DNA of 64,000 bases from Candidatus Iainarchaeum sp. (GCA_018304425.1 JAGVWE010000007.1:19853-83852); one strand, 5' to 3'; counted from the stretch's first letter, positions 9,242 through 19,143 are shown. Program-made: numbers and translations. The notes: generated from the sequence alone by a model not told the origin.

Positions 9242-9880
9242 GTGGGAAAGGCTAATTCTTTTGTGACCCGGAAACCGAAGACGCCGAGGCGTGCCGCGTT
9301 CGTTCTAAGCAACAAGACCAAGCGCTTGCCGTTGCCGGTTTTCACGCCACACGAATTAGAGCACCGGATAAAGTTGCAGAAGCTTTTGAGCCCAGTCCAG
9401 TTATCGGAGCTCCGCACGCTTCCCGTGACGGTTTCCACCAACGTGTTTCGTCACGCGCTGCCCACCCTGGAACGAGTGCTTCAAACCCATGGAATGAGCG
9501 AAGCCCAGATTCGGGCCGCCGTGCAAGCCGCGCCCTGGGATGCCTTGCGGCGGATGGGCGGCCGGCATGAGCTCGTGGAAGGCAACCTGACCGGCTTGCT
9601 GGCTATTCGTCGTCTCCTCAACGGCCAGGCGTTCCCGGACTTCATCCGGTTCGCGGCGGCCTCCCCCGGTAGCATTTCTTCCCTCGTAACAGTCATTGAA
9701 GCGCATAGGGAAAGGGTTTCGCTGGACGAAGCAAAGGCCCTCCTTGTGGCCGATTACACGGATGTAGCGAGCATGGAACGCGGGCTTGGGTTGCTCCGGC
9801 AGCGGGCCGCTGAAAGAGCCGCGAAGCAACGGGAAAGCCGCGGCCCCAGTCAGCCGCGCATGTTCCGCGCGCACGCCTGA
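9242..9880 (+). CDS. Hypothetical protein with basic N- and C-termini
   Basis: Only long ORF filling the gap; TTTAAATA immediately upstream; start uncertain; no recognised motif. Confidence 0.5.
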   Translation: MGKANSFVTRKPKTPRRAAFVLSNKTKRLPLPVFTPHELEHRIKLQKLLSPVQLSELRTLPVTVSTNVFRHALPTLERVLQTHGMSEAQIRAAVQAAPWDALRRMGGRHELVEGNLTGLLAIRRLLNGQAFPDFIRFAAASPGSISSLVTVIEAHRERVSLDEAKALLVADYTDVASMERGLGLLRQRAAERAAKQRESRGPSQPRMFRAHA

Positions 9881-9896
9881 TTTCTCCGGGCTTTCC

Positions 9897-11255
9897 TCAG
9901 CCCAACAACGCAATCTGCACGTCCATGACATTGGTCTTCGTGTAGCCCGTCATCACGAGGTCCCCGAGTTTCGCGAAGAAGGCGTGCGAGTCGTTGTCGT
10001 CCAGGAACTTTTTCCAGTCCAGGCCCAGCGCATGGGCGCGGGCCAGCGTGGAAGTCGTGGCAATCGCTCCGGCCGCGTCGCTGGTTCCGTCGATGCCGTC
10101 GGTTCCAATCGAGCACAGCAAGGCGTTTTCGAGTTCACTCAATTCCTCGCAGCCGCCCAACACGAGTTCCAGGTTCCGCCCACCCCTGCCCTTTCCCTTC
10201 ACCTTCACCGTGGTCTCGCCGGCCGCCAACAAGGCCAGCGGCCGGAACTTGTGCTGCCGGGCGGCCAGCTTCAACCCGCTGGCCAGCTTCCAGCCCGCGT
10301 TCCGCGCTTCGCCGGCCAGTTTGTCGCTGAAGACCAGGCAGTGGATGCCGAGCTCGGAAGCCCGTTTCTTCAAGGCATTCAAGGCCACGGCGTTGTTCAG
10401 GATGACCAGGTTGTGCACGCTCCGGAAGCACTTGTCCTTTTTCTTGGGCGTGTCCCCGGTTTTTTTCCGGATGCCCTCCACCAGGTGCCGCTTGGCCGTG
10501 GCCGGACAGTTGTCCCACAAGCCATGGTTTTTGAGGACCAGGACAGCCGAGGCAAACGTGCATTCATCGGGGGCCGTGGGGCCGGAAGCGATGACGTCCA
10601 ACGCGTCCCCGATGACGTCGGAGACGAGGAGGCACAGCAGGGTGGCCGGGGCCGCGGCCTTCGCCAATTGGCCGCCCTTCACCCTGGAAAGGTGCTTGCG
10701 CACGCAATTGAGTTCCCGGATGTTCGCCCCCGCTTTCAGCAGCCGGGAGGTGAGTTCCTGTTCGTCTTTCAGGGACACGCCTTCCGCCGGCAACGGGAGC
10801 AGGGCGCTGCCTCCCCCCGAGACCAGGCAGAGGATGAGGTCCTTTTCGCCCGCGCTTTTGGCGAGGTCGAAGATTTTTTTCGCGCCCTCGACCCCTCGCT
10901 GGTCCGGAAGCGGGTGCGCGGCCACGTTGACCTCGATTTTTTTGGTGGGCACGGCTTCCACCGTGTTCACGACGCCGCCGGAAATCCAGTCCCCCAGGAC
11001 TTCCTCGACTACCAGGGCCATCAAGCCCGAGGCCTTGCCGAAGCCGATGACGTACACGTGTTCGAAGGCCTTGAGGTCGAAGGACTTGTTGCGGACGCGC
11101 AACCGCGAGCCGCTGAGCTTCAGTTCCCGGTGCAGGGCCCGTTTCACGTCGATTTCCTCGAACACGGCTTCCAGGAGTTCCAGGCACTGGCCGCGCAGCC
11201 TTGCCTCGGAACTCTCGCCCTTGACCAGTCCGGCGGCGTTTTCAATCAGCGGCAT
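9897..11255 (-). CDS. Glycerate kinase type 2 (MOFRL family)
   Basis: GFGKAS, LVSGGGSALL, IASGPT, GETTV, GRGGRN, GTDGIDG, TNVMD. Confidence 0.92.
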   Translation of the reverse strand: MPLIENAAGLVKGESSEARLRGQCLELLEAVFEEIDVKRALHRELKLSGSRLRVRNKSFDLKAFEHVYVIGFGKASGLMALVVEEVLGDWISGGVVNTVEAVPTKKIEVNVAAHPLPDQRGVEGAKKIFDLAKSAGEKDLILCLVSGGGSALLPLPAEGVSLKDEQELTSRLLKAGANIRELNCVRKHLSRVKGGQLAKAAAPATLLCLLVSDVIGDALDVIASGPTAPDECTFASAVLVLKNHGLWDNCPATAKRHLVEGIRKKTGDTPKKKDKCFRSVHNLVILNNAVALNALKKRASELGIHCLVFSDKLAGEARNAGWKLASGLKLAARQHKFRPLALLAAGETTVKVKGKGRGGRNLELVLGGCEELSELENALLCSIGTDGIDGTSDAAGAIATTSTLARAHALGLDWKKFLDDNDSHAFFAKLGDLVMTGYTKTNVMDVQIALLG

Positions 11256-11609
11256 TCATTTTCGCCCATAGCGGTCGGAAAACCGTTTTTCATCGTGTTC
11301 CAGGAACTTCCCAAAGGAAACCTCCAACACGCGTACGGGGTTTTTGCCGGCACTCAACCGGTGCCTTTGGCCGCGCCGGATGAACACCTGCTTTCCCCTG
11401 GCGGCCCGCATTTTCCTGCCATTCACCTGGATGGTGCCCTGCCCGTCCAAGACCACCCAGTACTCGTCGCGCCTGCGATGCGATTGCAGGGAAAGCGCTT
11501 GCCCGGGCTTCACGGAAATGATTTTGACCGTGCACTCCACGTTCAAGGCCAGGAGCTCGAATTTCCCCCAAGGCCGTTGAACGGTTTTGACGCGTGGCTT
11601 GCCTTTCAT
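11256..11609 (-). CDS. Mannose-6-phosphate isomerase type II C-terminal cupin
   Basis: RPWG, LSLQSHRRRDEYWVV, HRL motifs. Confidence 0.85.
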   Translation of the reverse strand: MKGKPRVKTVQRPWGKFELLALNVECTVKIISVKPGQALSLQSHRRRDEYWVVLDGQGTIQVNGRKMRAARGKQVFIRRGQRHRLSAGKNPVRVLEVSFGKFLEHDEKRFSDRYGRK

Positions 11610-12487
11610 CACTTGAATCCCCATTTTTTGAGCAGCCTGGGAATGACGATGAGGAAGTCCGAGGCAATGAACGTATAGCCCTTGACGGCGTGCAAGATGT
11701 CTCCGGCCCTCCCATTGAGGTAAGCGGCTGCGCAGGCAACGTCGAGGAGGCCGTTCTTGCTTGCCGCGAGGCCCAGGCAGATTCCAGCCAGGACATCCCC
11801 GGTTCCGCCCACGGTCATGCCCGCGTTCCCGGTCTTGTTGACTTTCGTGGTCTTGCCGTCGGACACGACGTCAAACCTTCCCTTCAACAGCACCACGCAC
11901 CGGTGCTTTTTCGCGGCAGCCTCCACGGCCTTGATTTGCTTGGAGAGCTCCTTGGGCAGCTTCTTGCCCGTGAATGCCTCGAATTCCTTCGCGTGCGGGG
12001 TAATCAGGGCAGGGCCCTTGAACTTCAAGCCCTTGGCGGCCTTCAAGGCATCCGCGTCCACGATAAGCGGTTTCCTGATTTTGGGGAGCACCCTGCGCAC
12101 GAAGGACCTGGTTTCCGGGTCGAGGCCCATGCCAGGCCCGATTAAGACGGCGTCCGCCTTGGCCGCCTCGGCCAGCACTTCCCGGACATGCCTTTCACCA
12201 AGGTGGCTGCCGCGCAACTTCAAGGTGATGAGGTCCGGAGAAAACGAGTTGATGACCCAGGCCACTTTCTCAGGCGCCATGACCCTGACCAAGTCGATGC
12301 CGGTCCGCAGCGAAGCCAGGGCCGCCTGCGCTCCCAATGCGGGTGCGCCCACCAGTTCATTGCAGCCGCCCACCACCAGGGCCACGCCGTTCTCCCCCTT
12401 GTGGGAGTCGGGGCGTCTCTTCCGGGCGCACCGAACCACGTCCGCCGGACTGCACAACCACACCATCTGCGAACCGGGCTTCGTCAT
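11609..12487 (-). CDS. nnrD: ADP-dependent NAD(P)HX dehydratase
   Basis: SHKGENG, GPGMG, DADAL, TPHAKEF, GGTGDVLAG. Confidence 0.9.
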   Translation of the reverse strand: MTKPGSQMVWLCSPADVVRCARKRRPDSHKGENGVALVVGGCNELVGAPALGAQAALASLRTGIDLVRVMAPEKVAWVINSFSPDLITLKLRGSHLGERHVREVLAEAAKADAVLIGPGMGLDPETRSFVRRVLPKIRKPLIVDADALKAAKGLKFKGPALITPHAKEFEAFTGKKLPKELSKQIKAVEAAAKKHRCVVLLKGRFDVVSDGKTTKVNKTGNAGMTVGGTGDVLAGICLGLAASKNGLLDVACAAAYLNGRAGDILHAVKGYTFIASDFLIVIPRLLKKWGFK

Positions 12488-14391
12488 TTCCTTCCCGTCC
12501 TGGCCTCGATCTCCTTTTTCAGCAGGCCCGAAACCATGCTTCCCGGGATTTTCCCCCGCGCTTCCCGCATGACTTCCCCCATCACGGCCTGGAATGATTG
12601 CATGCCTTTCTCCTTAATAATTCCTTCGTTGCGGGCCACGATTTTCTGCACAATGGCCAGGGCTTCCACGTCGCTGGCCCGGGAGGCACCGGCCTCCGCC
12701 ATGATTTCCTCGAACGGAGCCGCCGGCTTTTTCGCCCACGCCCCCAGCACGCCCAGCACGGCTTCCTTCACCAGCACGCCCTCTTTTTGCGCTGACAGCA
12801 CGCGTTCCACCATTTCCCGGGAAACGTTGTCCACGTCCACGCCCTCGCGCTTGAGCTTGGTCAGCCCCTCCAACAACAGCACGGCCGTCGAAGTGGGCTC
12901 GAAGCCCCGCTTCACGAGGTCCGCGAAAAACCGGGCCTCGTTGCTGAGCTTCATCTCGTTGGCCAGCTTCTCGCCGAGCTTCAATTCCTTGGAGTAAAAC
13001 CGAAGCCGTTCCTCGGCGCTCTGTGGCAGGTTCTTCCGCAGCCCTTCCACGCGCGCGGCATCCGTTTTCACGGTCGGCAAATCGGTTTCAGGGTACATCC
13101 GCGCCGCACCCGGCAGGGGCCGCAGGTACTCGTTGTTGCCGTCGGGCAGCGGCCCCCTCGTCTCTGGGGGAACGCCTTTCAGCGCCTGCCTGCAGCGCTC
13201 GACCAGGATTTTCATGGCTTCTTCGGCCTTGCCGGGTTCCTCGCAGACCAGCACAAAGGCATCCAAGGCATCCTCGCGCAGGCCCAGTTGCCGGGAAAGG
13301 CCTTTCACGTCGGCCTCGGTCAAGCCATAGTTGGGCAGTTCATCCGAGTGCAGCAAGCCCGCTATGCCGAGCCTAGCCTTCAGGTAGCCGGCCAGTTCCT
13401 TTCCGAAGCGCCGGCCGGGCTGGACTTCCCGGCCCAGGATTCCCTTGAAGCCCTTGAGCCGGAGGCCCAGCACTTTTTTTCCCTGCCGCACGCCGTCCGC
13501 GAAGAACTTGCACGCCGAACCTTCGGCCAACGCACTCACGTCCAAGGCATTGGGCACCAAATCGGCTTCCTTCACCCGCTTCAGGAGTTCGCCCCGGATT
13601 TCCAGCAAGGCCGCCTGCCGCTGCGCTTCCCTTCGCACGAACTCGTCCAGCAAGTCGAGTTCCTGCACGCCCTTCAATTCCACGCGCGTCCCCCCCCGGA
13701 TGCTCACGTTGACGTCCTGCCGGATGGTGCCGAGGCCGCGCCGCGCCTTGCCCGTGAGCCGCAGGAGTTCCCCGATTTTTAGGGCCACTTTCTTGGCGTC
13801 CTCCGGGGAATGGATGTCAGGCAGCGTCGCAATCTCGATGAGGGGAATGCCCTGCCGGTCCAGCCGGTAGACGACTTCCTTGTCGCCGCGCACCACGGGC
13901 CTTGCCGCGTCCTCTTCGAGGACAATGGTGTCGATGCCGAGGCATTTCCCGTTGAAGTCCAGGCAGCCGTTGGTGGCGATGAGGGCCGTCCGCTGGAAGG
14001 AACTGGTAGTTGAACCATCCACCACCATCTTCCGCATGACGTAGATGTTGTCCACGAGGTGGGCTTTCAGGAGCAGCGCCACTTCCAGGACGGTGTCAAA
14101 GGCCTCCGCGTTGAAGGGCCGCACCGGTTCCTCGTCGGTTTCCACGAGGCACGTGGTGTCGGAATAGGCCTGGTAGGCAAAGGTCTGCCCCTTCTGGTAG
14201 GCTTCGAGTGCCGCGGGGTCGTATTCACCCAGCTCGGACATGACCGGCCGAATCCTTCGTTTCACGAGGATGTCGGGCGCGTCCTCACGCATGACGCTGG
14301 GACAGTTGCAGAACAGTTTCCGCGTGTTGAGCTGCTGGTGGCATTCGAGGCCGCATTTGAGGCCCAAGGCCAGGTAATCGAGGTCCGGCAT
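12484..14391 (-). CDS. gatE: Glu-tRNA(Gln) amidotransferase subunit E
   Basis: GLECHQQL, KMVVDGS, LEEDAAR, RGLGTIRQDVNVSI, RPLPGAARMYPETD. Confidence 0.95.
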   Translation of the reverse strand: MPDLDYLALGLKCGLECHQQLNTRKLFCNCPSVMREDAPDILVKRRIRPVMSELGEYDPAALEAYQKGQTFAYQAYSDTTCLVETDEEPVRPFNAEAFDTVLEVALLLKAHLVDNIYVMRKMVVDGSTTSSFQRTALIATNGCLDFNGKCLGIDTIVLEEDAARPVVRGDKEVVYRLDRQGIPLIEIATLPDIHSPEDAKKVALKIGELLRLTGKARRGLGTIRQDVNVSIRGGTRVELKGVQELDLLDEFVRREAQRQAALLEIRGELLKRVKEADLVPNALDVSALAEGSACKFFADGVRQGKKVLGLRLKGFKGILGREVQPGRRFGKELAGYLKARLGIAGLLHSDELPNYGLTEADVKGLSRQLGLREDALDAFVLVCEEPGKAEEAMKILVERCRQALKGVPPETRGPLPDGNNEYLRPLPGAARMYPETDLPTVKTDAARVEGLRKNLPQSAEERLRFYSKELKLGEKLANEMKLSNEARFFADLVKRGFEPTSTAVLLLEGLTKLKREGVDVDNVSREMVERVLSAQKEGVLVKEAVLGVLGAWAKKPAAPFEEIMAEAGASRASDVEALAIVQKIVARNEGIIKEKGMQSFQAVMGEVMREARGKIPGSMVSGLLKKEIEARTGRK

Positions 14392-14528
14392 GCAATCACT
14401 AATTCACTTCCGCGAAAAGGTTTATAATGTCTTTCAACGCCTTTTGCCGGGCTTCAGGCGCGCGCACTGGTTGCGGCTTATGAAAGCGAATTTCCCTTCC
14501 GGCGGGCCCCTGCCCTTGCTCGGGCCCT

Positions 14529-15407
14529 TCACTCGAAGTAGGCCATGGTTTCCTCGCGTATCTGGTCGGCGAGTTCCGCGTCCCGCACGACCTGCACTTT
14601 GATTGAAACCGGTTTTTCGTGCAGGAATTCCAGCAGCCAGCCCAGGTCGAATTCCTTCAGGTTGCTGGCCGAATTGAGTTTGTAGAGCATTTCCTCCCGG
14701 GCCTGGGTCGGGAAATAGGCCCTGGCCACGTAGTCCCCGACCACTAGGACGTCGGAGTCCAGCGCGACCAAGGCGTTGTACCGGAGTTTCACGGAAGCCC
14801 CAAGGTGTTCCGCCATTTTCGCGAGCGCGTTCCCATGGCATTGGTCCATCATGCCGCCGGAGTTGACGAGGATGTAGCATTCGGTGCGCGAAACCAGCCG
14901 CGCCAGGCGGTGGAGTTCCTCCCGGGACAGGCCGATGAGCGAGTAGACGTGCTTCCAGTGGAAGACAGAGGGCTTGCCGGCTTCGTTGGGGTATTCGAAG
15001 TAGTTGAACAAGAGGAACCGGTAAAAGTCGAGGATGGTTTCGAAGCCGTACTTGGCGTAGTCTTGCCGCGGCATTTCAGCGTTCTCCTGGAAAGGGTTTT
15101 CATTCAACGATTTTTCGAGGCTGGAAACCAGGTTCCGGAGGTTCTTCAGCCACCGGGGGCTCAAGGCATACTTGCGGTCGGTGCAGGAGAGGATGCCCTC
15201 GGCCGCCATTTGCCGCAACGATTTGTGGATGGCCTGGTAGCTTACCTCGACGCCGTGCCGGGACTTCAGCTTGGAGTACACCTGCGTGAGCGTCAGCGGC
15301 CAGTCCAGGGAGAGCACGGACACGATGGCGTCGCGCGTGGACTTGGGTTGAACCGTTGGAACAGCCGTTCCCAGGCTCACCGGCTGGTATTGAGTCACGA
15401 GATCCAT
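14529..15407 (-). CDS. Winged-helix domain protein, putative regulator
   Basis: ATG at 15407 (MDLVTQY); WPLTLTQVY...VSYQAIHKSL HTH-like N-terminus. Confidence 0.7.
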   Translation of the reverse strand: MDLVTQYQPVSLGTAVPTVQPKSTRDAIVSVLSLDWPLTLTQVYSKLKSRHGVEVSYQAIHKSLRQMAAEGILSCTDRKYALSPRWLKNLRNLVSSLEKSLNENPFQENAEMPRQDYAKYGFETILDFYRFLLFNYFEYPNEAGKPSVFHWKHVYSLIGLSREELHRLARLVSRTECYILVNSGGMMDQCHGNALAKMAEHLGASVKLRYNALVALDSDVLVVGDYVARAYFPTQAREEMLYKLNSASNLKEFDLGWLLEFLHEKPVSIKVQVVRDAELADQIREETMAYFE

Positions 15408-15433
15408 GCTTTTCCTTGCCTCGCCCGTGGGAG

Positions 15434-15504
15434 CTGCCAGAGTCGGATTCGAACCGGCATCACCTGAGTAACAGTCAGGCATCCTTCCATTGGACTATCT
15501 GGCT
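15434..15504 (-). tRNA. Atypical tRNA-Asn(GTT)-like gene
   Basis: 71-nt cloverleaf; CCTGA-CTGTTAC-TCAGG anticodon arm, GGTTCGAATCC T-loop, G73; A1.A72 and C50.A64 mismatches. Confidence 0.7.
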
Positions 15505-15533
15505 TTGAGCCGGTTATCATGGCATTATACCTT

Positions 15534-15562
15534 ACTTCGACCTTTTATTTAATCACTTCGAC
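15534..15562. promoter_or_regulatory. Direct repeat ACTTCGAC x2, 21-bp period, in divergent promoter region
   Basis: Copies at 15534-15541 and 15555-15562 between the tRNA-like gene and the Lrp/AsnC gene. Confidence 0.4.
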
Positions 15563-15627
15563 AAATTTTACGTCATTTTCACGCTTAAGTGATGTATTTA
15601 TAACATAATTGTAGTCATTTATTCGGT

Positions 15628-16071
15628 ATGCTGGACAAAAAGGATGCAATTATCCTGGACAGCCTGCGCCAGAACAGCCGCAAAACCGTCAAGGAAATCG
15701 GCCGCGAAACCGGCATTCCCCGCACCACGGTTTTCGAGCGCATCAAGCGCATGGAGCACAACCAGGTCATCAAAGGCTATTCCGTGAAACCCGATTACGA
15801 GAAAATCGGCTTTCCCACCACGGCCTTCACCATGGTCGCCCACAACGGTTCGGCCGGCGTATCCCAGAAGTCCGTGGCCAAGGAAATCGCGAAACTCCCC
15901 GGAGTCTATGAAGTGCAAATAATTGCCGGAGAATGGGACATGCTCGTCAAGGTGCGTGGCAGGTCCTTGGAATCCATCGGTGACCTAGTAGTGGGAAGGA
16001 TGCGGGACATTACGGGCATTGCCAGGACGCTGACCTACTCCGTTTTCTACACCATCCGCGAAGACTGCTGA
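15628..16071 (+). CDS. Lrp/AsnC family transcriptional regulator
   Basis: LDKKDAIILDSLRQNSR HTH, IAGEWDMLVKV RAM domain. Confidence 0.92.
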   Translation: MLDKKDAIILDSLRQNSRKTVKEIGRETGIPRTTVFERIKRMEHNQVIKGYSVKPDYEKIGFPTTAFTMVAHNGSAGVSQKSVAKEIAKLPGVYEVQIIAGEWDMLVKVRGRSLESIGDLVVGRMRDITGIARTLTYSVFYTIREDC

Positions 16072-16095
16072 CGGTTGAAAACGCTCCCGGTTCCC

Positions 16096-17421
16096 TTACT
16101 CCGGCTCAAAGCAGTCGATGCGGCTCGAGGCCGTGATTTCGCCGCGCAGGTTCTCAGGCACTTTTTTCACGGCTTCCTCGCGCTTGAAGTTGCCCAGCAA
16201 CCACGCCAGCTTCACGAAAGCGGTTTCGGGCAGCAGGTCTTCCGCGAAAACGACGCCAATCTCGGAGAGCCGCCGCAGGTTCGTGTAGACGTACGGGTGC
16301 ACGCGGCCATACAGGCATTGGGCGGTCATCACCACCACGCAGCCGGATGCAATCAGTTTCTTGAGCGCCTCGTAATTGGGCAGGTTTTCCGGGGTGTTGG
16401 TGGGCATGTGTCCCATCCCAGTTCCCTCTACAACGAGGCCTTTGAACCCGTGCTCCAAGTAGAACAGGATTTCCTCGGGGTGCATGTTGGGGTGCGACTT
16501 GAGCAGCCCGACCTTTTCCTCGAACCCGTCCTTCACCGTGAACGGCTTTTTCTTGTCCACCCTGGGATAGTCCTTTTTCAGGTACTCGACCCTTCGCTCG
16601 TTGAAGTGCACGCGGGCAATCGGCTGGTCGTTGACCGCCTTGAAGGCATCCCGTCGGGAGGTATGCATCTTCCGCGCCTTCGTTCCCGGCAGAACCACGC
16701 AGGCCTGGTCATCCGAGGTCTCATGCATGCAAATGGCCACTCCCGCGAAATCCGTTTGCTTGATGAATTCGGCCGCGCACAGGAGGTTGATGGCGGCATC
16801 ACTCGAACCCCGGTCCGAGCTCCGCTGGCTGCCCACTAGGAGCACGGGCACCGGCGGGTTTTCGAGGGCAAACGACAGCGCGGCCGAGGTATAGGTTAGG
16901 GTATCCGTGCCATGGCCCAGGATGATTCCCTTGGCGCCGTCCCGGATGGCGGCCTGGATGGCTTGGACCATGAGTTTGTAGTGCGAGAACCGCATGTCCT
17001 CCGACATCAGGTTGGCCACGTGCCTGGGCTCGAAGTTCGCGACCCGCGTGAGTTCCGGGAACATGGCAATCAGGTCCTCGGTCGAAAACGAGGCATACAC
17101 CCCGCCCGTGGAATAGTTGACGCGGCTGGCAATGGTTCCCCCCGTGTGCAGGACCACGATTTTCGGGAGGGAAACATCCATTTTCAGGGCCTGGCTTTTC
17201 ACGCCCGCCTTCGCGGAGGGTTCCCCGGTCTTCTTCAACTCCATGCCGGCTTCCACGCGCACGCCCATGTTGTAGCCGGTGTGGAGCTTGAGGGAAAGCG
17301 TTTCAGGGTCGGCCGATGGAAGGACGTGGCCCCGGAACGACTGCCCGTTCTTCGCCAACTCGACGAAGTCGCCTTCCTGGACCCCGGATTTCCGGAGCAA
17401 TTCCCGGTAATCGGCTTTCAT
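16096..17421 (-). CDS. gatD: Glu-tRNA(Gln) amidotransferase subunit D
   Basis: ATG 17421; KLHTGYNMG, HTGGTIASR, HGTDT, GSQRSSDRGSSD, HTSRRDAF. Confidence 0.95.
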   Translation of the reverse strand: MKADYRELLRKSGVQEGDFVELAKNGQSFRGHVLPSADPETLSLKLHTGYNMGVRVEAGMELKKTGEPSAKAGVKSQALKMDVSLPKIVVLHTGGTIASRVNYSTGGVYASFSTEDLIAMFPELTRVANFEPRHVANLMSEDMRFSHYKLMVQAIQAAIRDGAKGIILGHGTDTLTYTSAALSFALENPPVPVLLVGSQRSSDRGSSDAAINLLCAAEFIKQTDFAGVAICMHETSDDQACVVLPGTKARKMHTSRRDAFKAVNDQPIARVHFNERRVEYLKKDYPRVDKKKPFTVKDGFEEKVGLLKSHPNMHPEEILFYLEHGFKGLVVEGTGMGHMPTNTPENLPNYEALKKLIASGCVVVMTAQCLYGRVHPYVYTNLRRLSEIGVVFAEDLLPETAFVKLAWLLGNFKREEAVKKVPENLRGEITASSRIDCFEPE

Positions 17422-17475
17422 AGCGTTAATTACAGCTGAACGGTTTTTAAGCCATTCCCAGCCGAATTTTTGACG

Positions 17476-18159
17476 ATGCGATTTGTTTCCCTGTTTTCCG
17501 GCGGCAAGGACTCGACCTATGCGCTCTACTGGGCATTGCGGGAAGGCCACCAGCTGGCCAGCCTCCTCACCATCCGTTCTTCCTATGCCGAGTCCTACAT
17601 GTATCATTTGCCCAACATCCACCTGACGGAGGTCGCGGCCGAGGCCATGGGCTTTCCCCTCGTGGTCGCGGAAACCAGCGCCGGCAAGGAAGCCGAGCTC
17701 CAGGTCCTGGAGGACTCCCTGGCCGACCTCAAGGAAAGCCAGGGCATCGAGGCCGTGGTCTCCGGGGCCTTTGCCTCCCGCTACCAGAAGGAACGCGTGG
17801 ACCGGATATGCGAAAAGCTCGGCCTTGAAAGCCTGGCGCCCCTCTGGGGCCGCGACGGCGAAGACCTCTTGAACGACATGCTGGCCGCAGGCTTCAAGTT
17901 CATGCTCGTCGCCGTGGCCGCGCAGGGCCTGGACGAGAAATGGCTGGGCCGGCTCATCGACGAAAAAGCGGTTTCCGACCTCAAAGCCCTGCACGAAAAA
18001 TACCAGGTGAGCCTGGTGGGGGAGGGCGGCGAATTCGAGTCCCTCGTGGTTGACTGCCCGCTCTTCCGGAAAAAAATCGAAGTCGTTTCCGCGGAAAAAA
18101 AGTGGGACGGCTGCCGTGGCGAACTCGCCATCAAGGAAACCAGGCTCGCCCCAAAATAA
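17476..18159 (+). CDS. Diphthine--ammonia ligase (Dph6 family)
   Basis: SLFSGGKDS, SYMYH, GEGGEFES. Confidence 0.88.
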   Translation: MRFVSLFSGGKDSTYALYWALREGHQLASLLTIRSSYAESYMYHLPNIHLTEVAAEAMGFPLVVAETSAGKEAELQVLEDSLADLKESQGIEAVVSGAFASRYQKERVDRICEKLGLESLAPLWGRDGEDLLNDMLAAGFKFMLVAVAAQGLDEKWLGRLIDEKAVSDLKALHEKYQVSLVGEGGEFESLVVDCPLFRKKIEVVSAEKKWDGCRGELAIKETRLAPK

Positions 18160-18173
18160 TCAAATGCATGGAG

Positions 18174-19139
18174 TCAAAGGCATTGCTCGAGAGGTTCCTC
18201 GGCCCACACGCTGGCACGGCTCCAGTCCCTAATCGTTTCCTCGCCGAGCCTTGGCTCCCAGGCCAGCTTGCATTCGTAGTCGAACTCGCAGCCCTCGCAG
18301 AGGAATTCCTGGAGGCACGTTTCCGCTTCCAGCCGGTCCCGGCCCTGGACCGTGGCCTTGCACCGCCCCTCCCCCGGCTGGCCAGAAGCCTTCACCAGGA
18401 ATTCTTCGACGGCCTTTCCCGCGTCCCCGCCCCGGGCTTCCAGCCGAACCCGGTAGTTGCCGGCCTCCCGTATCTCGAGGGGCAGCGACAAGCCGGTCTC
18501 CCCGGCCGGCGCTATTTCCCCCACTTCCCGGTTGACGGGCCCCGAGTGGAGGGCTTCGACCGGTTTCCCGTCAAGGACTGAAAGCCGGTAAACCCTGGCC
18601 GAAACGATGACGTCAGAAGCCTTTGCCTGCCCGGCATTCTTCACCTTGAAAGAGACCAGCGGCGAATCGACGCCCAACTCCATTTCGCGCGGCGCGCGCA
18701 CGCCGGCCAGCTCGAGTTGCGCGGGTTTCCTTCCAAGGTAAGCAGTGCAGAGGTTGAGGCCCTGTTCTTCGACGCAGCGGAAGCCCACTTCCAGCAAGGC
18801 ATCGCGTTCCACCTGCAGCCTCCGCTCGTCCGCGGCCACGAGGCAGCCCGGGCCGATGTTCTGCCGCGGGCAACACCGCAGGACATCCATGCAGCGGAAG
18901 TTCACGGACCGGGTCATGGAATCCAGGGCATCGGCCAAAACCATTTCGCCTTGCCGGAACTCCACGTTCTTTGAAAAAACCTTTCCATTGAGGCCCTCGG
19001 CGGCGTCCAGCGATTCCAGCAGCGCGTGCTGGAGCGGGGCCCTGGGCGCGAAGCCCGGCAAAATATAGGCAAAGAAAATCCACAGCAGGGCCAGGGCCGC
19101 AACCGCGACCGTCAAAAGCTTGAAGGGGGATTCGGCCAT
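18174..19139 (-). CDS. Membrane-anchored Cys-rich protein with CARDB-like domain
   Basis: N-terminal TM; VKNAGQAKA Ig-like motif; multiple Cys. Confidence 0.65.
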   Translation of the reverse strand: MAESPFKLLTVAVAALALLWIFFAYILPGFAPRAPLQHALLESLDAAEGLNGKVFSKNVEFRQGEMVLADALDSMTRSVNFRCMDVLRCCPRQNIGPGCLVAADERRLQVERDALLEVGFRCVEEQGLNLCTAYLGRKPAQLELAGVRAPREMELGVDSPLVSFKVKNAGQAKASDVIVSARVYRLSVLDGKPVEALHSGPVNREVGEIAPAGETGLSLPLEIREAGNYRVRLEARGGDAGKAVEEFLVKASGQPGEGRCKATVQGRDRLEAETCLQEFLCEGCEFDYECKLAWEPRLGEETIRDWSRASVWAEEPLEQCL

Positions 19140-19143
19140 GGCC

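Noticed and set aside
9786-11678. 630-aa plus-strand ORF and similar long antisense ORFs (835-2370, 9994-11271, 19026-20498, 50636-51784)
   Set aside because: Shadow ORFs opposite well-supported genes in GC-rich DNA; no motifs
14434-14528. GC-rich stem with CCGGAAGG on the minus strand resembling SRP RNA helix 8
   Set aside because: Lacks the conserved CAGG/AGCAG internal loop and there is no room for a full archaeal SRP RNA
15408-15482. N-terminal extension of the wHTH ORF to 15482
   Set aside because: It runs through the tRNA-like gene; ATG at 15407 is the plausible start
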